A stretch of DNA of 64,000 bases from a virus (lineage: Duplodnaviria > Heunggongvirae > Uroviricota > Caudoviricetes), in IMG/VR virus record IMGVR_UViG_3300042892_003674, one strand, 5' to 3'. Positions 30,101 to 40,027 of this stretch are shown one piece after another; within the stretch, counting starts at the first letter, position 1, and the number at the start of each line of letters is the position of its first letter. Under the pieces are notes generated by a model. That model saw only the letters and a program-made list of their open reading frames with translations, was not told where the DNA came from and made no database searches. A program made the translations under genes and the position numbers.

Positions 30101-31608
30101 GGTTTATATGATTTTTTCATAGCTTCTGGAAAAGCTTCTTTGTTATTTACTTTGTTATAGATAGAGGCTTTGGTGTGTCCATATAAATAAGTCAATTCTA
30201 TCTGAGGTTTTATATCTAAACGACCATTTATATCTTTATTTATTTGTACTTTCTCTTCTTTGGATAAATCTACATTACCATTCAAACCTATATCAATTAG
30301 ATCATTATAATATTTTTTGTGACTTTCTGATTCAATTGTATCAAAACTTTGTATTACAGGATCTTTGGGTATTGCTGGATTACCAGTTAAAATATTTTTA
30401 TCACCTGCTTTATACCTCTTGATTGAGTAGTTCACACCAGGACTTTTTTTACTAACTTTAGTATTTATACCACCAAATAAAGTTTGTTCTTGCCAAATAA
30501 AGTTAGGTGTTCCAAAGTTTGGCCACTCAATCATATCTTGTGGTAGTTTCCATTTTTCAGAACGTAAAATCCACTCTGCTCTTTTAAATGGAGTTACTTC
30601 CTCTGTTCTATCATTACCCTTTAAACCAATAGTTTTTAAATACTCATTGGGATCTAAAGCCTCACCTTTTGAATTATAAATACCAAATATCATTGTCTTT
30701 GGTTTATATGGGTCAAATGGGTCGGTATCTTCAATTTGTACAGGATCAACCTCTGGTAAAGGTTCATCTGCGGGTAGATTTATATAAGTATACGTATAAT
30801 CTAAATTAGGTTCAAATACCCCTGTTGAATAAACTGTTGAAAGAACCTTCCAATATTGACTGTTGAATCCACTTGTATTAGTGTTTTGATTTTTAATATC
30901 TAAACTAACATCATTAGGGTTTGTAGTTTCATTTTGTGCCTTAGTTTCTTTTGGTTTAGTACTTGCTTGAATTGAATTAAGTTTCTGTAACTTTTCTTTT
31001 GTTTCTGCAGCACCTTTATAACCAATTGCTTTTGGTCTTGATGTACCAGAACCTGCATTACCTACTGGTTTTCTTGACTTAACCGTTAAAGGGTCACCAA
31101 AGAAAGGCATGACTCTTGCTATAACATCTTCTGCTTTGGCAACTGAACCAATAGCAACACCAACAATTTCCATAAATGGCTTTTGTGTATCAAAGATAGA
31201 TTGTAAGGTAGTTTTCTCAAATGCCTTAAACCCGGTCATATTAAATTCATCCGGTATTTTAATTTGATCTTTAGGTATTACAAATTTATTACCTTTCTTA
31301 AACTTACTTATATCACCAACATCAATTTTATTCTGTTTAGCAAATTGTCTAAATACTGCTTCATCTTTAGATGCAATAGGACTATTCATATTTTTGAATA
31401 ACATATTCCTAATAAAGGAATCACTGATTCCTAAATCTCCTTCTGCAAACTTTTGAATATAATCTGTGTTTGGTAGTACTAAACCCGTTGAAGAGTTTAG
31501 TCCAATAGACTTAGATGCTTCACTAAGAGGTCCAAAGAAAGCTAATGATACGTTGTAATTTCCACTACCGAGTGGTCCGTAATACGGATATTGTGCTGAT
31601 AATCCCAT
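27124..31608 (-). CDS. very large hypothetical protein, probably virion structural or ejected
   Basis: About 1494 aa; start re-called to MGLSAQ using TATATA-N4-ATG; amphipathic and hydrophobic helices in the C-terminal third. Confidence 0.7.
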   Translation of the reverse strand: MGLSAQYPYYGPLGSGNYNVSLAFFGPLSEASKSIGLNSSTGLVLPNTDYIQKFAEGDLGISDSFIRNMLFKNMNSPIASKDEAVFRQFAKQNKIDVGDISKFKKGNKFVIPKDQIKIPDEFNMTGFKAFEKTTLQSIFDTQKPFMEIVGVAIGSVAKAEDVIARVMPFFGDPLTVKSRKPVGNAGSGTSRPKAIGYKGAAETKEKLQKLNSIQASTKPKETKAQNETTNPNDVSLDIKNQNTNTSGFNSQYWKVLSTVYSTGVFEPNLDYTYTYINLPADEPLPEVDPVQIEDTDPFDPYKPKTMIFGIYNSKGEALDPNEYLKTIGLKGNDRTEEVTPFKRAEWILRSEKWKLPQDMIEWPNFGTPNFIWQEQTLFGGINTKVSKKSPGVNYSIKRYKAGDKNILTGNPAIPKDPVIQSFDTIESESHKKYYNDLIDIGLNGNVDLSKEEKVQINKDINGRLDIKPQIELTYLYGHTKASIYNKVNNKEAFPEAMKKSYKPFEVFIPDAAKDPELAKLAVQRGSKAGMIWIDPEADYDMKVIRIDPVTSIEYLDAVGTPEIRTSIRKFVKNRVKFSFSNGATFSLSISKNGADTQIFDKISDYTFENWNYENNTIKNTNTYDISVWSELAPTRFTNNHYQWSVERAPLKIVIPGTNGASFSMQLQTPDYYRITKKDGIWYYSSTANNYIKNGINFLGDTKAAVYSEDGIIKRWYYIYNETFKGPNTQYNLPAFGIERSISINYEKDTIDVTDKSIPIWRLKVDDRYSNSKIIDPTQVTNDFLTTADLFTKDPLWYGHGAPDDPQTLGIIKRYALTDLDEESYYIVEGILKNDNEFDTDENGKRKNAGRGKGGGGWYRLPHAIGACGVFIRLLIDIGVKLLPKISKLMALFQNPAKFVTDIMSEKLTKNFEFLSSDAISTFQKAGQLRSQIGNKDIDIDNIKQNIDSIRIESSKLSSKVVTDAQGKSDLEQSQAKKMVEDINKKTEERISKLQKVVDKKKQAVAKLREHYKNSILSNYVYVDETNLQSIFTLDGGATIPLSVFGAKLNFGIAMNMGSVPNKPPLKLIFPDSKNIFKNVQYLIDNAKPTAKNTGQPLENIVKQEVLDLKTPVQSQLSALDKQPPFKNKTINFNEDVNKVQIKFEDGSVEYIPKDSLQTFVLTNQNKYNFIYVTEEINKTFVDVDTLLESGTQEDLDKAKEKLDEAKKNFPNNSAIDDKLKELSDKNESFAKNLQPLLKAILGLTTFPIKVVADIIKWMFDFFASLTNPMTLASKMKEFLSFQWILQFFTPTGILAIFGLKFSPLTLIPYAAAAAAASGKAVGGKAGKVGDKLASGKADLSKYISVNMIPTLPTYTADQYKNLLKGVQPLRLLTIFQMIQKFINGVIDFIWSLLGIEALIKAPHIKIVPEDTTNMSPEDIKKVLDGIEPKGVTGSNIPNPITGSNTSAVDSLNPVVQGFMYEVKLPDGTTKSFLDRDQLDLFIEQNKEFDFDFTF

Positions 31609-31612
31609 TTTG

Positions 31613-31651
31613 TATATATTCAAACAAAAGGTATTCCTAAAATAATATATA
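31613..31651. promoter_or_regulatory. divergent TATATA late-type promoters
   Basis: TATATA-N4-ATG for both ATG 31608 and ATG 31656. Confidence 0.6.
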
Positions 31652-31655
31652 AGTT

Positions 31656-32537
31656 ATGAAGTATTTAAAACGATTTGATGAGAGATTAGGTATATCTCAA
31701 GACATGGAGCAACAAGTTGATGATTATATGAAAACTATTAGAAGTAAACCAATTTCAAAAGTTTTTAAATTACTTTATAAATGTGATTTAGGTAATTATT
31801 ATTTTAAACTAGTGATAGATCCGAAAATAACTAGTGAAGGTTATTTTACTAGTGATCCAAGTTCAATTACTGGATTAGAAATCCATTTAAAAGATAGAGA
31901 GGATGAATCAACATTATTACATGAGGTTAAACATTTAGACTTTCATTTAAGAAAAAAAGGTAAAACCAAAACAAACTTTACTAAAGCACAAAAGTCTATA
32001 AGTAATGAGACACGAAATAAAGTTAGTAAAAGAACTTTAGGATTATTAGAACATATTTTTTATATCTATGATGAGAATGAGTTCCAATCTAAATATAATT
32101 CATTTTATAAGGATTTTGATTTATTTTTATCAAAACAGAATAAGAATTTTACTACAAGTGAAATAACAGAACTATTTTTTGATTATCAACAATGGAGTGA
32201 AGATGGTATTTTTAGTTGGTATACCGTTGCTAGTGATTATAAATTTAATTTTGAAAGATTTGTTGATAAAGATGAGTTAAGAGTAGTATTTAATTATATT
32301 ATTTTAGAGCAAGAAAGAAGAACATTTAAAAACCCTTATTTAGATTTTCTTAGTTATTTAGTTACAGATATAAAGAAAAATATAAAAATTAAGTTTAAAT
32401 TATTCACTGATAAAGAAAAAATGGAAATAGAAAAAACTATTAGATTCTTTGAAAAAGATATAAATAGGAGAATACAGAAGTATAAAAAAAGAATGTCACG
32501 TATAGTAACTTTAGCTTGTGAAAAATATGTAAAATAA
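31656..32537 (+). CDS. HExxH zinc metallopeptidase-like protein with CTS-like N-terminus
   Basis: MKYLKRFDE; TLLHEVKH with downstream ENE. Confidence 0.65.
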   Translation: MKYLKRFDERLGISQDMEQQVDDYMKTIRSKPISKVFKLLYKCDLGNYYFKLVIDPKITSEGYFTSDPSSITGLEIHLKDREDESTLLHEVKHLDFHLRKKGKTKTNFTKAQKSISNETRNKVSKRTLGLLEHIFYIYDENEFQSKYNSFYKDFDLFLSKQNKNFTTSEITELFFDYQQWSEDGIFSWYTVASDYKFNFERFVDKDELRVVFNYIILEQERRTFKNPYLDFLSYLVTDIKKNIKIKFKLFTDKEKMEIEKTIRFFEKDINRRIQKYKKRMSRIVTLACEKYVK

Positions 32538-32563
32538 AAAAGAGAACTAATGTTCTCTTTTTT
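32536..32563. terminator. bidirectional terminator, GAGAAC variant
   Basis: A6-GAGAAC-TAAT-GTTCTC-T6. Confidence 0.85.
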
Positions 32564-32564
32564 A

Positions 32565-33938
32565 TTAATCTTCTAATCCTTCTGTTTTCTTTGTTGCAAT
32601 TATATAATTAAAGTTACTTGATAAGTCAAACTTATATTTAGCACTTAACTTACCAGACATCTCACTACTAAATTTAATTACAATTGTCATATCTAATAAT
32701 TTAGTTCCATCTAACTCTAATTTCATTTTGATTTTAAAGTCATTACTTTCTTCTTCTTCACTCACAGTAAAGTTTACATGATAGTCAAACTTAATAGTTA
32801 AGTCATCATAATTTTTACGGAAGAAATCTCTCTCTGGTAAATAGTTGAATATGTTACCATTACTGCCTAAGTAATAAACTGGTCTTTCCATACAACCCAT
32901 TTTCTCTACTAGAGTTTTAAATAATTTCATTTTAACCGCACCTTCTGCTTGTTTAAATCCGTCATCTAGTTTTTTAATATCATCTGCGAAATTGGATTTT
33001 AATGATGTTGTAAATAAGTTTTCAAGTATTTTAGAATTTAGGATAACAATCTTAGTTTCCATCCACTCAGAATAAACTCTTTCAGGGTCCATGAAACAAT
33101 TATCTCTGTTTTTCCATATTTCTGTCATCAGATCAGGAAATTTAAGAATATTTTTATTAAAGTCTTTAATAAATTCTCCTAAGTGTTTATATTTATGATC
33201 AGAATGTCTTAAATCAAAGTATTCAAAGTAACCTAAACTTTCTATTCTTTTAGGGTCAATGAACTTTTCAATATGTAATTGAATGTTTTTATTTGCATTC
33301 TCATATAAAATCTTAACCCATTCTTGAGTTAGTTTATCCCATTTAGGCAAGTATTCTTGCTTAAATAATAAATCTAAATCTTGTCCAATTAATTCATCTG
33401 CAAATGTATTAAATGATGCAGTCTTTTGAGAAGATAAGTTTTTATTTAAAAAGAAAGAATATTGTTTACCACTATTTAATTCAATGATAATATCTTCTTG
33501 ATGTTCATCATCTTTGTTTGGTCCTAACCAAAAAATTGTTTTAATATCATCTTTTGTTAGTTTATCATCTGGAATTAGTTTATCTATGATATTTCTTGCT
33601 GTAATACGTGCATTTACAAGAACGTTCCAATCTTTTTCAATGTCGAACTCAATTTCATCAAATAAACCATTTATTTTAGATGTTTCATCATCTTCTATAC
33701 ATCTATCTCCTTCAAACTTTCCTAATTGTAATCTGTTCTTAGCTAATAAAAGATTTTTTAAATCTGTTAAAAATATACTTGAGTTTTCTGAGTATCTTGC
33801 TTTTAAACCTCTGTCTAATATGTTATCTAAAAATTCATTGTTTATAAGTACCATACTAACACAGATTTCTGTGATGAGGTTCTTATTAGAATATGTCTTA
33901 GATTCTTTAAATATTTCAAAATTTCTTAACCACTTCAT
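32565..33938 (-). CDS. hypothetical protein with CTS-like N-terminus
   Basis: MKWLRNFEIFKES; 457 aa. Confidence 0.75.
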   Translation of the reverse strand: MKWLRNFEIFKESKTYSNKNLITEICVSMVLINNEFLDNILDRGLKARYSENSSIFLTDLKNLLLAKNRLQLGKFEGDRCIEDDETSKINGLFDEIEFDIEKDWNVLVNARITARNIIDKLIPDDKLTKDDIKTIFWLGPNKDDEHQEDIIIELNSGKQYSFFLNKNLSSQKTASFNTFADELIGQDLDLLFKQEYLPKWDKLTQEWVKILYENANKNIQLHIEKFIDPKRIESLGYFEYFDLRHSDHKYKHLGEFIKDFNKNILKFPDLMTEIWKNRDNCFMDPERVYSEWMETKIVILNSKILENLFTTSLKSNFADDIKKLDDGFKQAEGAVKMKLFKTLVEKMGCMERPVYYLGSNGNIFNYLPERDFFRKNYDDLTIKFDYHVNFTVSEEEESNDFKIKMKLELDGTKLLDMTIVIKFSSEMSGKLSAKYKFDLSSNFNYIIATKKTEGLED

Positions 33939-33996
33939 TTAATTGAGTTAATTTTTTTAATATATATATTAAAATTTATTATTCAAAAAGTAGAAA

Positions 33997-34632
33997 ATGA
34001 AATACTTAAAAAAATATAACTCTTACAAAGAATCCATCGTAATAGACTTAATGTTTCAAAATATGATTGAGCTATTAGAATCATTGACTATTTGGCACGA
34101 CGCACTTCTTAGTGCCATTGGTGCAGAAGAAGTTGATATTTTTAATACATTTCAGTTACCGGTACAGGAATATAAAGATAAATTAGATTTAGACTTTTTA
34201 GAAGATCATGTTGAGTTTATAAACTCTTTATCAAGTATAGCACTTAAAAAGTCTGTACTACAACACTCTGATGACTATTCCACTTTTATTAATAAACCCT
34301 GTAAGTTTATGTTTGTCTATGGCATCAATAGAAATGAACTAGAGAATCCAGAATACTTATTATTTCAATCTTGGCAAGAAACTTTAGAAAAATGGGATGA
34401 CGTTAAGCTTTTTAAAGTAAATGATGATGTTAAAAAGTTTTATGATAAGTTATCTTCTAGAACTATTGAATTGATAGATGGTGATGAGAATTACATTTAT
34501 ACAACTGCAAATGGTAATGAGTGGATTCTACAGAATATTGATAAAGAAAACGATATATATAAGAGAGTATTCAGAAAGGAAGAACTACAAGATTTCTTGT
34601 CTGAAAGAAATATAAAAGTAAATATATTATAA
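33997..34632 (+). CDS. hypothetical protein with CTS-like N-terminus
   Basis: MKYLKKYNSYKES. Confidence 0.75.
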   Translation: MKYLKKYNSYKESIVIDLMFQNMIELLESLTIWHDALLSAIGAEEVDIFNTFQLPVQEYKDKLDLDFLEDHVEFINSLSSIALKKSVLQHSDDYSTFINKPCKFMFVYGINRNELENPEYLLFQSWQETLEKWDDVKLFKVNDDVKKFYDKLSSRTIELIDGDENYIYTTANGNEWILQNIDKENDIYKRVFRKEELQDFLSERNIKVNIL

Positions 34633-34633
34633 T

Positions 34634-37600
34634 ATGGCATTAATTAGTTTTGGATATAGAGTTGATATGTATGCAATCGCACCACCTACAGAATTAGGTG
34701 CGTATATTGTTGCATATGATTTAGATGGGATTTTAAAACAAAAAGATCACTTAGGTATTGTATCCTTAGTTGGTAGTGGAACCTCAGGATCATCAGGATC
34801 ATCAGGAACTTCAGGAGTCGATGGTATTGTTGGTGGTCAATTATTCTATTTTAATGAAAGTGTTGCTGGTTATACTGCATCATATAAAGAATTAGGAAAT
34901 AGTCCTGTTATATCTTCTGAAGAAATTGTTACAAAAACTTTAGCACCAACTGAATCAAATGTATTGATGAGTTCATATATATCTGATAGTTTAGGTCTAA
35001 CTGTAGTACCTGGTGGAGTTCAAAGATTTAGTTTACACTACTTAAAAGGCTCTAGTCAAAGTAATATATCTACTTATGCAGTCGTACAATTGGCAAATGA
35101 AAATGGTGATAAATATTATGACTTAGGTGCAACTCAAGCAATTGCTTATAGTAATACTCAAGAAATAGGCTGGCAAAATGGTAATGTAGTAAATATAAGT
35201 TTGGATATTATATCTATAACAACAGAAATATTAGAAACAGATAGAGTTGTAATATCTTTATATACAAATAACTTAGATACAACGACACAAAGTGTATCAT
35301 TTTATACAGAAGGTTCAAATAACTATTCATATGTGCAAACATCAACTGCAGTTGTACCAGGTCCACAAGGAGCAACTGGACATGGGGTAACTTCATCTTT
35401 TTATTTACAAGGAACTAATGACTATTCTTATGATACAACATCAGATATTTATAGAACTGGCTCACTTGCAATTGGTACAAGTGGATCTAGTACTTCAAAA
35501 CTACATGTTTACGCAACACAATCAGGTGCATTTAAACTAGAAGATGGAACTCAGGGAGATAGTTATATTTTAGTATCTGATACAAATGGTGTTGCCAATT
35601 GGACTGCATCAGTTCCTTTTCTTACAGGTAGTTATTCTGTTATAAAAACATTAGTAGATAACTCTCAATTAGTACCAGAAAAGCAATATGTTATCAATGA
35701 TTATGTACATAAATATTATATTGAGAATACTAATACTTCTAACATAAAAAACTATAAAACAGTAACATCTCGTATTTCCAACTTTCTTGTACTTGATGGT
35801 GATTATGAGTATGATTTAACAGTTGGTATGACAATTACTATTGAGTCATTACCAATTGGTTATTCTGGTTCTTTAATAGTTGGACAAACCACAACAGTAA
35901 CTGAAGCACCATCTTCTTATTATTTTAGATTTGCTAATGGTATGCATAGTACATCAACATCTATAGGTGTAGTAATATCATTTGGTTTACCAAGATTTAC
36001 AACATTAACTGGTTTAACTGGTACAACAGTATCAGATGCTAATTTAAAAGTAGTTATGAGACCAGGTGGTGTATTAAATACAGATGTTCATGATGGTACA
36101 ATCTATGGTGATATGTCTGCATTAGAAAATTTTGCACCACCTGCAGAAAAACTATTATTAAGAGCAAAAACAAGTAATACATTTTATGAAGAAGCAGAAA
36201 GTCTTACATTTAAAAATGATAAAGTTATTTATGATATAAATGACTCAAATGTTTTAAATGATAATTTAGAAGTAATTTCAACAAGAAATGGATTTATTAG
36301 TAGAAGATTTAATGATGTACTCAATATAGACATAGATAAAGATTGGAGAGCTCAAAAATACAGAAGATGGTTATTACCTACTGAATATAGAAGTAATTTG
36401 TTAAATTTAACACTAGGTACAAGTTCAACACTTAATTCACATCAAAATAAATATCTATACACAAGTGAATTATTAGGCACAGCATCAAGTAGTTATATGT
36501 ATTTAGGTAAATCATTAGAAACTACAGATGTTACATTAGGTGCATCAGGTAGTGTTATATCATATGGTATTACATTTTCTACAAATCAAATTAATTTTAA
36601 AGATTATCCTATATTCAAACTAAATTCTAGTTTAGAACCTGTAAATGTTTCAAAGGTAAAAATAGATAATTTAACTAATAGTGTATTTATTGGTAATACT
36701 ACAAATTTTAATTATAATTTATTTGTTGAATTTACTACATTGTCTTCATCTACATTTCAGGGCAATATAATTTTTTTTGGTACTAATATTACATTAAGTA
36801 ATGTAGAAGCATTATCTGATATAAATATAAAAGGAACTTTTGTATCACTTAGTAATGTTAATTTTTTATCAACAATAAGTGGTGGTCAAGTCAGTTATAC
36901 TACTATCAATAATAGTATTTTTGGTTCAATGAATTTTAATGTATTTTTAAGTGGTTATGGATCTTTACCTGCCAATACTCAAGTTAGATGGTTTACACTA
37001 TTTTTCTTTGATTCAACAATTCAAAATAGCGTGCTTGGTTGTGGAACTTCTACTTTAGAACTTGCTAATTCTACTCTAAATGGTATTACATTATTTAAGT
37101 ATGGTGGAACATTAGATATTAAAAATACTCAAATTGGAGACAACACAATACCAAATACAGTTCAATATAAGAGTTTACTAGTTCAAAATTATGTTATGAC
37201 AGATTCAAGATTATTTAATAAAGATATTTTAGTTACAAGTAATATAAATAATTTTATAGTAAAAACTGATAGAAATGGTATTTTATATTATGATAATATA
37301 GATATTGTAACAGGTTTACCAACTAAATTTTATTATAATGATACTACTAAACTATATACAACAACAATTAATAATGGAGAAGTAATATCAACATCTGTAG
37401 GTGCAACCGCATCTGTTGTAGTATATGATTATAGTTCAAGTAATTTATGGTATCATGGAACTGTATCGAATAACTTTACTGCAAACTTTACTAATCTACC
37501 CACAACAGATAATAGAGTATTATCGGCATCAATTATAATAAGTCAGGGATTGAATGCTTATATACCTAATGTAGTTCAAATTTCAGGAGTTACTCAGAGT

Positions 37601-37723
37601 ATTAAATGGCCAGGTGGAACTCAATCTGGAACGTCATATAATTTGGATATTGTAACTTTTAATTTTATTAGAACAAGTGGAAACTGGACTAGTATTATTG
37701 GACAAGTTGCATCATTCACATAA
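34634..37723 (+). CDS. tail fibre/spike-like protein
   Basis: Short GSS tract, module shared with the 16514 protein, beta-helix-like region, fibre-type C-terminus (IKWPGG...DIVTF). Confidence 0.7.
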   Translation: MALISFGYRVDMYAIAPPTELGAYIVAYDLDGILKQKDHLGIVSLVGSGTSGSSGSSGTSGVDGIVGGQLFYFNESVAGYTASYKELGNSPVISSEEIVTKTLAPTESNVLMSSYISDSLGLTVVPGGVQRFSLHYLKGSSQSNISTYAVVQLANENGDKYYDLGATQAIAYSNTQEIGWQNGNVVNISLDIISITTEILETDRVVISLYTNNLDTTTQSVSFYTEGSNNYSYVQTSTAVVPGPQGATGHGVTSSFYLQGTNDYSYDTTSDIYRTGSLAIGTSGSSTSKLHVYATQSGAFKLEDGTQGDSYILVSDTNGVANWTASVPFLTGSYSVIKTLVDNSQLVPEKQYVINDYVHKYYIENTNTSNIKNYKTVTSRISNFLVLDGDYEYDLTVGMTITIESLPIGYSGSLIVGQTTTVTEAPSSYYFRFANGMHSTSTSIGVVISFGLPRFTTLTGLTGTTVSDANLKVVMRPGGVLNTDVHDGTIYGDMSALENFAPPAEKLLLRAKTSNTFYEEAESLTFKNDKVIYDINDSNVLNDNLEVISTRNGFISRRFNDVLNIDIDKDWRAQKYRRWLLPTEYRSNLLNLTLGTSSTLNSHQNKYLYTSELLGTASSSYMYLGKSLETTDVTLGASGSVISYGITFSTNQINFKDYPIFKLNSSLEPVNVSKVKIDNLTNSVFIGNTTNFNYNLFVEFTTLSSSTFQGNIIFFGTNITLSNVEALSDINIKGTFVSLSNVNFLSTISGGQVSYTTINNSIFGSMNFNVFLSGYGSLPANTQVRWFTLFFFDSTIQNSVLGCGTSTLELANSTLNGITLFKYGGTLDIKNTQIGDNTIPNTVQYKSLLVQNYVMTDSRLFNKDILVTSNINNFIVKTDRNGILYYDNIDIVTGLPTKFYYNDTTKLYTTTINNGEVISTSVGATASVVVYDYSSSNLWYHGTVSNNFTANFTNLPTTDNRVLSASIIISQGLNAYIPNVVQISGVTQSIKWPGGTQSGTSYNLDIVTFNFIRTSGNWTSIIGQVASFT

Positions 37724-37736
37724 AATAATATTAATT

Positions 37737-38861
37737 ATGATTGGTAGAATATCCACACAGAATTTACACTATAATGCCAAACCAGTAGCACCACCTACAG
37801 ACTTTTTAATATCTGCTTTAGTTAATAGTAGTAGTTTATTCTATCTATCTAATACATTTAGCTATATAGACCTACAACCTTACTTTAATATATCAATTAC
37901 TAATAGTAATGAGATATTTAGAAACAATAATGACCTATACATAACAGGTAACTTTGGAACACAATCTTATATTTTTAAATTAAAAGATTGTAAACTAATT
38001 AAAAACAGATTACTATTTCAAGGGGTAGAAGAAAAATCAATTGGTGGTTATATTACATATATACACGGTATGACTCTTTTGGATGATCATATATACCTAT
38101 CGTCGAGAGCACCTGGATCACCACCAATGACAATTGCAAAAATAAATTCTAATAATTTAGAGGATATCACAACATTAAATTTATCAATGAATGGTGGTAC
38201 AAATGATATAATCGGGTATAAAAATAATTTATATGTATTGGCAGCACCTAGTTCTACTAGTCCTGCCTCTTTTATTAGAATATCACCAGATTTGGCAACA
38301 TATAGTGTTTTATGCGTGACTGGGACATCTTCATCACCATCCAGAAGGGTAAGAATAACTTCTGCATTTTCTATTTATAATGATGAGATTTACATACCCA
38401 TCGCAAATAATACATCCGGTGGTTCGGGTAATAATCAAATAGGTATGCAAGTTTTCAATCTAAGTGGTGTTTTACAAAGATCAATTTATAATGTGCCTAT
38501 AAATAGTACTGCTAGTTTAGTACCACTACCTCACTGGATGGCATTTTATAAGAATAAACTAATAATAAGTAATGCTACTATGACTGGAACATCTTCACAT
38601 AGAAGTTTAGTTAGAATGGATCCTACTACTTTGGCGGTTGAAGAGTCAATACAAGTTCCATTTTTAGTAACAGATGATAATAGTATATTTTCAGATGATT
38701 ATATTTATCTAAATGGTGAATTACCATCATCTTACTCACTTGTACCACCAGTTCCAGGACTTGCAAAGATAAGATATGATAATTTTACTGATTTCACAAT
38801 ACCAATATCACCAATTGGACCAAGTGGATCATATGGAAGTATAAATCCTTTGGTAGTTTAA
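37737..38861 (+). CDS. beta-propeller-like protein (fibre partner or receptor-binding)
   Basis: Repeats YKNNLYV, YNDEIYI, YKNKLII; start re-called to MIGRIS. Confidence 0.6.
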   Translation: MIGRISTQNLHYNAKPVAPPTDFLISALVNSSSLFYLSNTFSYIDLQPYFNISITNSNEIFRNNNDLYITGNFGTQSYIFKLKDCKLIKNRLLFQGVEEKSIGGYITYIHGMTLLDDHIYLSSRAPGSPPMTIAKINSNNLEDITTLNLSMNGGTNDIIGYKNNLYVLAAPSSTSPASFIRISPDLATYSVLCVTGTSSSPSRRVRITSAFSIYNDEIYIPIANNTSGGSGNNQIGMQVFNLSGVLQRSIYNVPINSTASLVPLPHWMAFYKNKLIISNATMTGTSSHRSLVRMDPTTLAVEESIQVPFLVTDDNSIFSDDYIYLNGELPSSYSLVPPVPGLAKIRYDNFTDFTIPISPIGPSGSYGSINPLVV

Positions 38862-38879
38862 ATATATTTAGTAAATGAT

Positions 38880-39485
38880 TTATTGTAGTCTCATTCTAAT
38901 GAATTGAATCATCATTTCAAGTTTTTCTTTTTCTCCGGTAGTATTTATCCACTGCCAAGTAAAAGTACTTTCTAAGAACTCAATTCTTCTTTTTAAGTCA
39001 TTTATCTTAGATTCTATTATTTGATTATCCTCGTCATCTAAATCATAATCTATATCTAGTTCAGTACAAACTTTATATAGTCCGATTTTGTCGTTGTTAT
39101 CATAGCATTTAGTTGCCACTAAATAAAGATCATTTAGTCCTTTTTGATCAACTTTATCAGGATGTGTTAGTTTAACAATTTCCCGGTAAAGTTTTTTTAC
39201 TTTTGGTAGTTTAGTTTCTATTATCTCTTGTTCAACTACTTCTTCCTCTTCAAATAATTCAATTACTTCTTCAGTATTTTTAAGAATACTTTGTTGAATA
39301 TGTGTATCTATTTTCTCATCATAGATTTCTTTAAGTTGTGGATGTTCTTCTAAGAAGTTGTTTATTTTTGTAATAAACTCAGAATCAGCTTCACTGATTA
39401 TTTCGTTTCGATACTCAAAATCAGATTCCATATATTCTAATTCTTTAAATAACTTTTTAGTTTGTAAGTATTGTAAACGATTCAT
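38880..39485 (-). CDS. J-domain (DnaJ-like) protein
   Basis: VKKLYREIVKLTHPDK. Confidence 0.7.
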   Translation of the reverse strand: MNRLQYLQTKKLFKELEYMESDFEYRNEIISEADSEFITKINNFLEEHPQLKEIYDEKIDTHIQQSILKNTEEVIELFEEEEVVEQEIIETKLPKVKKLYREIVKLTHPDKVDQKGLNDLYLVATKCYDNNDKIGLYKVCTELDIDYDLDDEDNQIIESKINDLKRRIEFLESTFTWQWINTTGEKEKLEMMIQFIRMRLQ

Positions 39486-39489
39486 AAAC

Positions 39490-39534
39490 TATATATTCTA
39501 AAGTTATCTTTTGATTTGAAAATATTTATATATA
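39490..39534. promoter_or_regulatory. divergent TATATA late-type promoters
   Basis: TATATA-GTTT-ATG on both strands. Confidence 0.6.
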
Positions 39535-39538
39535 GTTT

Positions 39539-40027
39539 ATGGAAAAATTCAATCTTATAGATTTATATAAAATTAAAAGTCGATTGATTAAAGAATCGAT
39601 GACAACTGAGCCTTTGTGGTTTGAAGTTTTGGAATCAATTAAGTTGATTGAAGATAGAATTTTTGAAGATACTTCTGCAACTGGTGGCCCAGTTGTTGGT
39701 GGAGGTGGTGGAATGACTGGTAATCCTATTTCATTAGGAAAAACTCCACTTGGTCCTAAATGGGCATCAGGTGGTGGAGATGATAAAGGTTATATAAACA
39801 TTCCTTATAATCCAGGTGGTGCTGATAGAATGATGCAAAGAGTTCCTGTAATGGGTACGGGTCATGGTCCAAGAACTGGTAAGAAAACAAGAGAGAAAAG
39901 ATTAGACATAAATGCAATTAGAAAGTCTTTAGCACAAAGAAAAGATTTCCAAAGAAAAGAAGGTGAGAAAAAAGTTATGGATTTTGATAACTTCACTAAA
40001 GATGAAGTAAATACTATTAAGAAATGA
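39539..40027 (+). CDS. hypothetical Gly-rich protein
   Basis: LIKES and IFED (possible processing sites), Gly-rich core. Confidence 0.7.
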   Translation: MEKFNLIDLYKIKSRLIKESMTTEPLWFEVLESIKLIEDRIFEDTSATGGPVVGGGGGMTGNPISLGKTPLGPKWASGGGDDKGYINIPYNPGGADRMMQRVPVMGTGHGPRTGKKTREKRLDINAIRKSLAQRKDFQRKEGEKKVMDFDNFTKDEVNTIKK

